From NCBI GenBank assembly GCA_018238625.1, contig JABCSY010000003.1, positions 23,897-87,896 of the forward strand: a stretch of 64,000 bases of DNA, given 5' to 3'. How positions within the stretch are numbered: the stretch's first letter is position 1; each line of letters begins with the position of its first letter. The position numbers and the translations under genes were made by a program. Origin of the DNA: Promethearchaeota archaeon (GTDB lineage Archaea > Asgardarchaeota > Lokiarchaeia > Sigyniarchaeales > SOKP01). Shown here piece by piece: positions 28,792-36,986 of the stretch. Below the pieces are notes generated by a model. It saw nothing but the letters and a program-made list of their open reading frames with translations, did no database searches and was not told where the DNA came from.

Positions 28792-29438
28792 GAAATCAAC
28801 ACCTCGCTATGTTTCTTCATCTTCCTTTTGTCATTCTTACTCCCTATTTCAGGAACTATAGATGTAAGATCTTTTTCTAAATTATGATAATTCTCCCCTA
28901 ACTCAGCATAGAATTCAGAAAATGCATGATTCATGTTTTTATATGTTTTACATGCTTCGATAGATAGTTGTATCAAGGATTTGAGAAATAAAGGGTGATT
29001 ATAAAGATCTTGTTCCGAAAAGTAATGGATCTTCATAAATATCTGAAGTGTTAAATCTTCTAATTCTTTCAGGAGAGATTTAGATATCTCATTTCGTTTA
29101 ATAGACACTTGGTATAAAAGGATTTGAATTTCTTCCTCTAGATCCCTTCTACTGATTCCATTAATTTTATTAAGGAGTTTAATAAACCTTAATGCTAACG
29201 ATTCGAATTGTTTTTTGTTTTCATAGAATTTTGTATCTTGCAACTTCGTAGATATATTGGACTTGGAACGAAACCTACATCGTATCGTGTTGGTCTTAAG
29301 ATTTAACAAGGATCGAACTTGTCGTGAAAGTTCAGTTATTTTTCTTACCCCTTCAGTTTCATACCATCCAAGAATTATATCATCAACTTCAAGATCTAAG
29401 TCGAAATTATCCAAATCAAATGACATTTCAATATCCAT
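28788..29438 (-). CDS. Hypothetical protein, translationally coupled to the GIY-YIG gene
   Basis: 216-aa ORF whose stop overlaps the next start (ATGA at 28788-28791). Confidence 0.7.
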   Translation of the reverse strand: MDIEMSFDLDNFDLDLEVDDIILGWYETEGVRKITELSRQVRSLLNLKTNTIRCRFRSKSNISTKLQDTKFYENKKQFESLALRFIKLLNKINGISRRDLEEEIQILLYQVSIKRNEISKSLLKELEDLTLQIFMKIHYFSEQDLYNHPLFLKSLIQLSIEACKTYKNMNHAFSEFYAELGENYHNLEKDLTSIVPEIGSKNDKRKMKKHSEVLIS

Positions 29439-29580
29439 TTTTTTTTTCTTATACTACCCAATTAAAGTAGCTGTATTTAAAGAACAAAAAAAATGATGAA
29501 TTTATCTTAGTGTCTATTAAAAAACTATGAAAAAAAAAAAGAAAAAAAATTATAATGTTCGGGTGTTAAGTTCTTATCCT

Positions 29581-29828
29581 TTATTTATACTTGATCGACA
29601 ATAGGAGATCGTTTTTAGTAATCTTTTTACGATTAGCATGCATGGTAAAAGCTCGTGCTTGTTCAGTTAAGCCAATTGCAGTCTTTTCGAGATGGTCAAT
29701 TAAAAGATCTACTGCGTTTCTGGCTACGATGCTTGCACCTTGCTGCTTCATTAATCTCCTTATTGGCGACCAGGCAAAACTCCACTCAGAATCGAATCGA
29801 TCCTTGAACTATGTTTCTTTTTAGCCAT
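29581..29828 (-). CDS. Archaeal histone, interrupted near the 5' end by a frame-disrupting insert (candidate 20-nt intron)
   Basis: Histone fold FAWSPIRRLMKQQGASIVARNAVDLLIDHLEKTAIGLTEQARAFTMHANRKKITKNDLLLSIKYK*. The SD-led ATG at 29828 (MAKKKHSSR) is in another frame. The histone frame has a TAG at 29809-29811 and no start before helix 1. Confidence 0.9.
29783..29802 (-). other. Candidate mRNA intron (GATCGATTCGATTCTGAGTG) in the histone gene
   Basis: Removal gives MAKKKHSSRSFAWSP... (75 aa). The insert lies in a hairpin. Its ends match cuts 2 nt 3' of each strand of a 4-bp UUCA/UGAG helix (relaxed BHB). Confidence 0.5.
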
Positions 29829-29837
29829 GGTCTTATT

Positions 29838-29944
29838 CCTCCACTATTGAAAATTTTTAAATTCTAATTTTTAATTTTTTTTGAATTTATAATTAAAGTT
29901 TCTTAGATAGTAATATATCCGAAGAGTTATTTAAATCTTTTGCC
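29838..29944 (-). promoter_or_regulatory. Putative BRE-TATA promoter and Shine-Dalgarno site of the histone gene
   Basis: Minus strand GGCAAAAGA-TTTAAATA (29944-29928), and GGAGG (29842-29838) 9 nt before the ATG. Confidence 0.55.
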
Positions 29945-30452
29945 TAAATGTGAAGAACTTCAAGAATTAAATGCATAAAAAATCACGACAAAAAATTTTG
30001 GTTATAATTTAATGGTCATTTTGTATGATCATCCAATGGTTGATCATTCGAAAAATATGAATCCACTTTTTTAGAATCAAAATAATTCAAATATCAAAAT
30101 AGAATAATTCTCTATTTCTATTGGTTTTGTTATCATTTATTGAGGTAGTAAAAAATATTGAATTGAAAAACATCATCCCCAATGAATATTATTCTATCGA
30201 CTGTACGATCATAATTATTAAGTCATAATTAACCTAAGTAATAAAAATTAGTTTCAATCTATAAATCATGTAATTAAATCAAATATTAAAAATAATAACT
30301 TTAATTCTTGGATAATAAATTTTTATTTTTTGGAGATTTCAACAGAATGTTATAATTTAAAACGAAAATTTTAATTAATTCTGACTTTTTTAATAGTATT
30401 AAGAATAACAATTTATTATTTCTTAAAATTAGTTTTTGAAAGGTAAAATGAT

Positions 30453-31070
30453 ATGTCTCAACAAATAATGGTACCCGGCGCAACAGCAGTTGCTATCAAA
30501 TGTAAAGATGGAGTGGTGCTAGGAAACGATCGCAGGGCAACATGGGGTTATACTGTAATAAATAAATCCACAAAAAAATTATTTAAGATTACAGATCATA
30601 TTGGCTTGGCAGCTTATGGTTTAATAGGTGATTTTCAATTCGTCGTGAGGGTGTTGAAAGCTCAAAGCGTGTTATACGAATTAGATGCTTACGATAGAAT
30701 TAGCACAAAGAGCGTAGCTAAAATGCTTTCTAATATGTTGTATTCTCGAAAAATGATGCCTTTATATACAAGTTTAATCATTGCGGGAGTAGACAAAGAT
30801 GGCCCAATCTTGTACACTTTAGATGGGCTTGGCTCATTGATCCCAGAGGATTATGGTGCAACGGGATCAGGTATGCTCCTTTCTATGGGACTTTTGGAAG
30901 CAGAATATAAACCAGACATGACTATGGAAGATGGCGTAAAGCTTGTCGAAAAGGTGATAAGGAACTCAATCAAGAGAGATGTTATGTCTGGAAATGGTAT
31001 TGATTTACTAATAATTACCCAAGATGGTACTAAAGAAAAATCAATTGAGATAAAGGAATTAGGGGAATAA
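30453..31070 (+). CDS. psmB: Proteasome beta subunit, probably non-catalytic (Thr1 replaced by Ala)
   Basis: PG-ATAVAIKCKDGVVLGNDRRAT, KLFKI, GSG and RDVMSGNGID motifs. Confidence 0.92.
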   Translation: MSQQIMVPGATAVAIKCKDGVVLGNDRRATWGYTVINKSTKKLFKITDHIGLAAYGLIGDFQFVVRVLKAQSVLYELDAYDRISTKSVAKMLSNMLYSRKMMPLYTSLIIAGVDKDGPILYTLDGLGSLIPEDYGATGSGMLLSMGLLEAEYKPDMTMEDGVKLVEKVIRNSIKRDVMSGNGIDLLIITQDGTKEKSIEIKELGE

Positions 31071-31182
31071 AAAAGATTTTTTGTTTAGTTATTAGTTATT
31101 TCTCTCTTATTATTGCAAAAAATTTTATTAAATGATATATTTTTTTACTTGTTAGTTAATCTAATTATTTTGGTGTTTTTAT

Positions 31183-33219
31183 TTGCGTCTATTTGGTAAT
31201 ACATTTGAAGGTTATAGAGAAATAAAAGGATATAGTAAAGAAGAAATTTTAAGGATTAAAAATTCTATTTCAAGCCTTAAATCTGACAAAACAAAATCAC
31301 AAGAGATCGAAGATTTCCTTAAATCTGAATTTAAGCTTGAGGTTCTCAACTCTTTCACAGATTATTTTAATGAAATTAAACCTTTTTGCGAGAATTATTT
31401 ATTTTCTCAAACAAAAAAGGATTATTATTCTATAAAAGCAGTAATTATTGACGAGTTAAAACTAATCTCTAGCAATTTAACAAGCTTAAGCTCAAATGGT
31501 AGAAACGTGAAGCGGATCGTAAAGAATGGAGGGCACCTTGAAAATTACTTAACAATTTGTAAGGAGTCTATTAATAACCTTGACGATTTTATCCTTCGTT
31601 TAGAGAATTCTTCAGTAAAAATAGAGCACGATTACGAAAACGATATATCCTTATGGATTGAAGCAAATAAAATAAAAAACCTATCTTTTAAATTAAACCT
31701 TATTCCAGACGATTTGAATAATTGGAAAGAAATTCAAGAGTTTGCCATCTACATACAAAGTTTGGTTGAGGCTAAAACAGCAAAAAAAATAAAATCTCGT
31801 AAAGGAACTTTATTAACATTTCATTTCGATGAGCTTTACCAGTTTTTTTTAAGTAAATCAGATGGAAAAAAAGATTCTTACGGTGATCTAATTTATTTGT
31901 TATATCAAAATAAGATATTCGAAGAATTTGAAGGAGAAGAATTTGTAAACGTCCTTGAAAGGAAAGAGTCAGTGCAAAGATTAAGGGATAAAATGCGTTC
32001 GCCTATAATTGCATTAATAAAAAATAAATTAAAAGAAAACTTGCAAGAACTTGAAGATTTAGATAAGCAATACGATTTAACTGGAAATGGACAAGGTAAA
32101 CTAGATTTAAACCACGTTATGGAGCAAAAATTCAGTGTATTTCTCCCTCAAGTCGTTGATTTATATTTTAAGGGCATAGATAAGAAATTTCAAGGAGCGA
32201 TAAACGATGTAAGTGACTCCGAGAAATTCGTAAAAATCGTGAATTCAAATTACGATAAAGTGGATGATTTTGCGTTAAAAATTGACGAAATTGACACATG
32301 GATATTAACTTTTGATAAAATTATAAAACCCTATGAGAATATTACAGCAACTTTAAAAAAGACCTTGGCAAATATTATATCTGAAATTATTCGACGCAAG
32401 GAGGAGTATGTAAATTATCTTAATAATATTAAAGATGAGGGCTTACGAGTAGATGTCAGAAGTTTTGTTGACGAAAAAATTGCTGAAGTGAATAAATTAA
32501 TTAATTCATACGAAGATGAGACATCTATTATCATTAGAGAAGAATTACCGCAACTAAGAGAAATAAGAGACTTATTAACGAATTATAAAGTAAAAATTGA
32601 ACAAATTAAAGAAGAAGTTTACATTAAATTGGATACTTACAAGGAAAGCAACATAGAGATGTATTCAATCATCAAATATTGGGAAGATAATTTCAATCGC
32701 AAGAAACAACAGCTCACTTTCTTATTAACAGTTTTGATGAATAAAATTTTTAAAAGTTTTAAGGGTTTAATTGATAAAGAATCAATATTATTTGCTGAAA
32801 TTACTGAAATCACTAAGCAAACCGAGAATTTCGAAGGGTTACCTTTAAATTTCGCTTTATCGTCTTTTTTAGCAAATAAATTATCTGAAGATGAACTTAG
32901 AGAAAGGATTTCTGAAATTAATTCAAAAATTAATCAATTGACAAGCAGTCTTGGTTTATATCAAGTAGAACACTCAAGAATAGAAGAAATACTATCTACT
33001 AAAGTTAAAATAAGAGAGGGTGTATCAGTATCCAATGTTCAATGTACTGTTTGTCATAAACACATAAATTTTGCCAAAGATAAATTAATTACATGCCCTT
33101 TCTGTGGATCTACCTATCATTATCTATGTGTTGCTGATTGGCTTGCGAGATATAATTCATGTCCTATGTGCCAAAACCAATACTTGGATCCAAATTTAGG
33201 ATTGTTTGAAAGCGAATAA
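31183..33219 (+). CDS. Coiled-coil protein with C-terminal RING finger (putative E3 ubiquitin ligase)
   Basis: CTVC...CPFCGSTYHYLCVADWL....CPMC. Confidence 0.8.
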   Translation: MRLFGNTFEGYREIKGYSKEEILRIKNSISSLKSDKTKSQEIEDFLKSEFKLEVLNSFTDYFNEIKPFCENYLFSQTKKDYYSIKAVIIDELKLISSNLTSLSSNGRNVKRIVKNGGHLENYLTICKESINNLDDFILRLENSSVKIEHDYENDISLWIEANKIKNLSFKLNLIPDDLNNWKEIQEFAIYIQSLVEAKTAKKIKSRKGTLLTFHFDELYQFFLSKSDGKKDSYGDLIYLLYQNKIFEEFEGEEFVNVLERKESVQRLRDKMRSPIIALIKNKLKENLQELEDLDKQYDLTGNGQGKLDLNHVMEQKFSVFLPQVVDLYFKGIDKKFQGAINDVSDSEKFVKIVNSNYDKVDDFALKIDEIDTWILTFDKIIKPYENITATLKKTLANIISEIIRRKEEYVNYLNNIKDEGLRVDVRSFVDEKIAEVNKLINSYEDETSIIIREELPQLREIRDLLTNYKVKIEQIKEEVYIKLDTYKESNIEMYSIIKYWEDNFNRKKQQLTFLLTVLMNKIFKSFKGLIDKESILFAEITEITKQTENFEGLPLNFALSSFLANKLSEDELRERISEINSKINQLTSSLGLYQVEHSRIEEILSTKVKIREGVSVSNVQCTVCHKHINFAKDKLITCPFCGSTYHYLCVADWLARYNSCPMCQNQYLDPNLGLFESE

Positions 33220-33225
33220 ATTTTG

Positions 33226-33254
33226 GCACGAGATACACTTAAAGTATCTCTTGC
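33226..33254. terminator. Inverted repeat / hairpin between convergent genes
   Basis: GCACGAGATAC-ACTTAAA-GTATCTCTTGC, 6 nt after the RING gene stop. Confidence 0.45.
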
Positions 33255-33341
33255 AATAACACAACGCACATAAATGTTTGTTTAATTCGTGGAAAATCAT
33301 AAGATATCTTTACTAAATTAGCAACAAAACATCTTTAATAT

Positions 33342-33782
33342 TTACAATATTACATTCTTTTTTTTAGCTTTAATAACGCGAGGATTTTTTAATTGGGGGT
33401 TTTTTTTTAAATAATATGAAATAAATACTCCTCCAAAGAAAACAATGAACCACCATATCGTAAGATATGTAAATTTACCTGTATACTTGTAAATATTTAT
33501 ATCGACAAAGAGAAAAAAAGTTATTATTATTGTGTTTGCACAAATAAATATAATTAAATGCTCTAATTTTAGAGGGAAATTATTTTTCAGTTTGATTATA
33601 TGATACACATCTTTAGTTTTTATTAATAATATTAATGCAATACAAAAAAGATTCCATCCACTAATTTGAATAATAAAAAATAAGTTCGGAGATGCTATAA
33701 ATATTGATAGAATCAAAGATAATACAATAAAAAAGGTTCCAATTATAGGTAATATTAATCCTATATCTGATAATTTTGACAT
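33342..33782 (-). CDS. Small 4-TM membrane protein (accessory insert)
   Basis: 146-aa hydrophobic, very AT-rich ORF lying between the 39-bp repeats. Confidence 0.65.
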   Translation of the reverse strand: MSKLSDIGLILPIIGTFFIVLSLILSIFIASPNLFFIIQISGWNLFCIALILLIKTKDVYHIIKLKNNFPLKLEHLIIFICANTIIITFFLFVDINIYKYTGKFTYLTIWWFIVFFGGVFISYYLKKNPQLKNPRVIKAKKKNVIL

Positions 33783-33987
33783 ATTAAGTTAAATTATGAC
33801 ATTTTCGTATAAATATATTTTCCTCTAAAATCAGAGCATTTAATTATACTTAGATCCAAATTTAGGATTGTTTGAGAACGAATAGTATTGTATTGTGAGT
33901 TAAATTTTTTATTCTAATTCTTCTCAAGATTCTTTCTAAGAAATCATTAAAAACCTGCACTAAAGTTTGATAGTAGCAAAGAAGAGG

Positions 33988-34851
33988 TTAGACTTTAATC
34001 TCTTTGAATAAATCATTCATGAATAAACGAATTTGCTTGTTAGAAGAGGGATCGTTATTAAAATTGGAATACAAGTAATTACCCAAATAATTTTTTATTT
34101 GAAATTCAAAATCTTCAAATTTAATAAACTCGTACCCTTCTTCAAGTTGTTTTTTGTTAATTAAAGGCTTTATATGTTTTCTAATCAAGAATAAAACGAA
34201 ATCAACGAGAATATTATCTATATTTTCCTCATCATCATCCGAGAGTTCGTAGTCTCCTTTGACAATTCCGTCTTTGATGTTATTTAATTGTATTAATGAA
34301 ATTTCGATGTCTTTTGGAAGTTTTAACCTTTGTATTTTATTCGACACATTTTTATCGTTTCCCATTCCTGACAGGGAAAAATAATTCTCTAAATTGGCAA
34401 AAAAGCGCACAAGAAACTTAAAATTGTCGTCAATGGCGTATAAACTTTCCCAGACTTCGAAATTTAAATTTTTTAACTCTGTCTCGATCTTGCTTTTAAT
34501 TTTCCCAGTTATTTCTTTTAGGTGTTGTGAATAATCTCCGTAAGGGAATCCAAAGTAAAAACTGTTGTATTTTTCTCTTACTTCTTTTGATTCTTTATTT
34601 TTAGAAACAATCTTTTCTTTTCTTACAATTTCTTTTACAAATTTTAAAATGTAATTACATGAAGGGCAATACGTTATCCATGTACTTAAAATAACTTCTG
34701 GGGGTTTTACAGTTCTAGAACTTATATATCCATTAAAGCCTGATAATTTCTTTCCATCGTGTGTAGAAAAAATAGATTCTTCAGGGTAAAATGTTCTGGG
34801 AATAAACTTAATCCCGCATACGGGGCAATTAATCATTTGTTTTTCGTTCAT
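33988..34851 (-). CDS. Hypothetical protein with N-terminal zinc-binding motif
   Basis: CPVC...CPSC followed by a helical C-terminus. Confidence 0.7.
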   Translation of the reverse strand: MNEKQMINCPVCGIKFIPRTFYPEESIFSTHDGKKLSGFNGYISSRTVKPPEVILSTWITYCPSCNYILKFVKEIVRKEKIVSKNKESKEVREKYNSFYFGFPYGDYSQHLKEITGKIKSKIETELKNLNFEVWESLYAIDDNFKFLVRFFANLENYFSLSGMGNDKNVSNKIQRLKLPKDIEISLIQLNNIKDGIVKGDYELSDDDEENIDNILVDFVLFLIRKHIKPLINKKQLEEGYEFIKFEDFEFQIKNYLGNYLYSNFNNDPSSNKQIRLFMNDLFKEIKV

Positions 34852-35113
34852 AATTCATTTGGTGGCGTTAATTATTCTTTTAAATTAAATAATCAAAAAT
34901 TCATTTCAATTGAAATAACAAGATTCTTGAAATTGTTTAAAACAAAATTATTTTTTCTCTTAATCCGATAAATTTTGAAATTTACATTCTTATTTGTAAG
35001 AAGAGTGTTGGTATTGATTATATATATGTGAGTGATATTAGGATATCTCTGCATTTTATATGTCTAATAGAAAGCGCCTAATGCTATTACTTTAAGTTTA
35101 AAAGAAGTTAAAT

Positions 35114-35773
35114 TTAAATTAATGGTGGATTGAAAATTATATTAAAAGCTAAATAAATACCAAAAATGATCATGAAGGCACCACAAACGATTAAAATATA
35201 TTTATAAACTTTAGGATTTAAAGATTTCCCTCCATAATAGACGAAGGTAGAGATAGGCAGATACCAAATCATATCTCCTAACTCGTGACCCATAAAAAAC
35301 AATAAAATGCCAAGTGGATTTGCAAAGGAGATGTTGAAACTTACCATAAATCCCAAGCCGATAACTGCCCACCAAAAGGTCCAAAATGGGTTTGATAAGC
35401 TAACGACGATTCCTCCAACAAAACTATTCCCTTTAAAGCCCTTTACATTGTCATTCTCGAATGAGAAACTCGCATCAAAATTAGTTTTTGTTACATCTCT
35501 TATAACAACTACTCCGAAAATTACTAAGAATAATCCCCCAATAGTCCCTACTAACGTTAGAAAAACGATATTTTGAAAAAAGAAGGATGATCCAGCAAGT
35601 AAAGCAATGATTAGCACGAATTCGATTGTAGCGTGGCCCAAAATGATATAAATGCCCGCTAAATAACCCCTTTTTTGCTTAAGCGATCTATAAATAGTAA
35701 ACGTCAAAAGGGGTCCTGGAGATAGGGCTCCAGTTAACGCGATTAAGAACGAAAAGACGAGAATTTCTATCAT
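35114..35773 (-). CDS. LysE family translocator
   Basis: ALSPGPL, GH..E and SNPFW..WW motifs. Start at ATG 35773. Confidence 0.88.
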   Translation of the reverse strand: MIEILVFSFLIALTGALSPGPLLTFTIYRSLKQKRGYLAGIYIILGHATIEFVLIIALLAGSSFFFQNIVFLTLVGTIGGLFLVIFGVVVIRDVTKTNFDASFSFENDNVKGFKGNSFVGGIVVSLSNPFWTFWWAVIGLGFMVSFNISFANPLGILLFFMGHELGDMIWYLPISTFVYYGGKSLNPKVYKYILIVCGAFMIIFGIYLAFNIIFNPPLI

Positions 35774-35798
35774 ATTTATGGATAAATCAATATTCAAT

Positions 35799-36383
35799 TT
35801 ATTTCGGCAAGAATTGAGTGAGGTAATACATAATAATGACGAAGACAACCAAGATAGGTAGCATGAAAATTAAAAACATGTAAGAACCCTTAATCATCTC
35901 TCTTCGAAATGATTTTAGCCCTTTTTCCCAATCTCTTTTCGTTTGCTTTTGCCAACTTTTTATATCTTGGTTAATTTTCTGTTTTCTCGCTTCCCATTGT
36001 TCCTTATTCTCGATTTGTCTTTTCTCTAAGTCATTAGTCCATTCTTTTAATTTATTATCCCAAGTTTCTTGAGTATTTTTGAAATATGTGTTAATTTTTC
36101 CTAAGTTGTTATTCCACAATTCTTTGTTGTCTTTGTGAGTATTTTTGAATTCTGTGCCCCAGTCTTTTAATGTAACATCCCAGTTTTCCTTGGTATCTTT
36201 AAGGAATTTATTAATCTTTTCTTGATTTTGATTCCATGACTCAGTATTTTTTTTAGTGGTTTCTTCAATACTTTTTTGGAATTTATTGTATCCATCTGTA
36301 ATGCTAGAAACAAAATCGTTCCAGCCCTTAAATAGCAAGTTCTCTATTGGCTTGGTTTCGTCAATATTTTCTTTTTCAGACAT
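35799..36383 (-). CDS. Tail-anchored protein with Trp-periodic amphipathic helical repeats
   Basis: Two to three ~40-aa repeats (N.E.W....KIN...K.T.E.WD..LK.W) and a single C-terminal TM. Confidence 0.7.
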   Translation of the reverse strand: MSEKENIDETKPIENLLFKGWNDFVSSITDGYNKFQKSIEETTKKNTESWNQNQEKINKFLKDTKENWDVTLKDWGTEFKNTHKDNKELWNNNLGKINTYFKNTQETWDNKLKEWTNDLEKRQIENKEQWEARKQKINQDIKSWQKQTKRDWEKGLKSFRREMIKGSYMFLIFMLPILVVFVIIMYYLTQFLPK

Positions 36384-36492
36384 TTTTTATTAATATTCCT
36401 CAAAACTTTTTTCTTTATTTATATGAGGTTATATATCTTTTTTATATTTAAATCTAGTATTAAGGTTTTTAATTTCCTATTAAATTCAGTTA

Positions 36493-36861
36493 TTATAAAA
36501 ATAAAATGAATGGAGATAAAAACCAACCTATTATGAATACTGCACCTAATAATATAAAATAAAACAAGATAAATATGCTAAATATAAACCAACTAGAAAA
36601 TCTAAGAGAAGTTATAAAATCTAACTCATAAAACTTTGATATTAAAAATGCACCTATAATTGAACTCATGAAATATGAAATTATCCATTCAAAAGGAAAT
36701 ATCACAAAATATTCCATAAGAACAAAAATAATAAGTATGACAAAAATAATTGGAAAAGAATAAAAAAAGGGTTTATTTATTCCTTTTTTCTTAGCCCAAA
36801 ACATCAGCAATATTGACCCCATCAAGAAAAAAATAATAAATCCAATTATTGTGGAAATCAT
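36493..36861 (-). CDS. Small membrane protein
   Basis: 122-aa ORF with 4 hydrophobic segments. Confidence 0.55.
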   Translation of the reverse strand: MISTIIGFIIFFLMGSILLMFWAKKKGINKPFFYSFPIIFVILIIFVLMEYFVIFPFEWIISYFMSSIIGAFLISKFYELDFITSLRFSSWFIFSIFILFYFILLGAVFIIGWFLSPFILFL

Positions 36862-36986
36862 ATAATATCACTAAATAGTGTAAATATGCTAGCACTATTT
36901 AATTATATTGAAAAAATTTATGTCATTATAAAAATAGTAAGAAGGGTTTAAAACTTTTATTCCATGAAGAATTACATTTGATAATT

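Larger units (their letters stand above)
33181..33885 (+). repeat. 39-bp imperfect direct repeat (33181-33219 / 33847-33885) of the RING gene 3' end, flanking a small insert
   Basis: TACTTGGATCCAAATTTAGGATTGTTTGAAAGCGAATAA vs TACTTAGATCCAAATTTAGGATTGTTTGAGAACGAATAG (35/39 identical). Confidence 0.9.

Noticed and set aside
29809-29823. -1 ribosomal frameshift at U AAA AAG plus a downstream hairpin as the way to express the histone
   Set aside because: The -1 frame hits TAG (29809-29811) two codons later. A later slip at A GUU UUG is not a canonical heptamer, though it is not fully excluded.
29591-29824. 77-aa plus-strand ORF in the track
   Set aside because: It is the antisense shadow of the histone gene.
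30025-30047. ATGATCA-TCCAATGGT-TGATCAT palindrome between the histone and psmB promoters
   Set aside because: It could be an operator, but it occurs once and has no supporting context.
33220-33341. Integron attC site next to the orphan cassette
   Set aside because: No convincing RYYYAAC/GTTRRRY pair with L boxes, and no integrase in the window.
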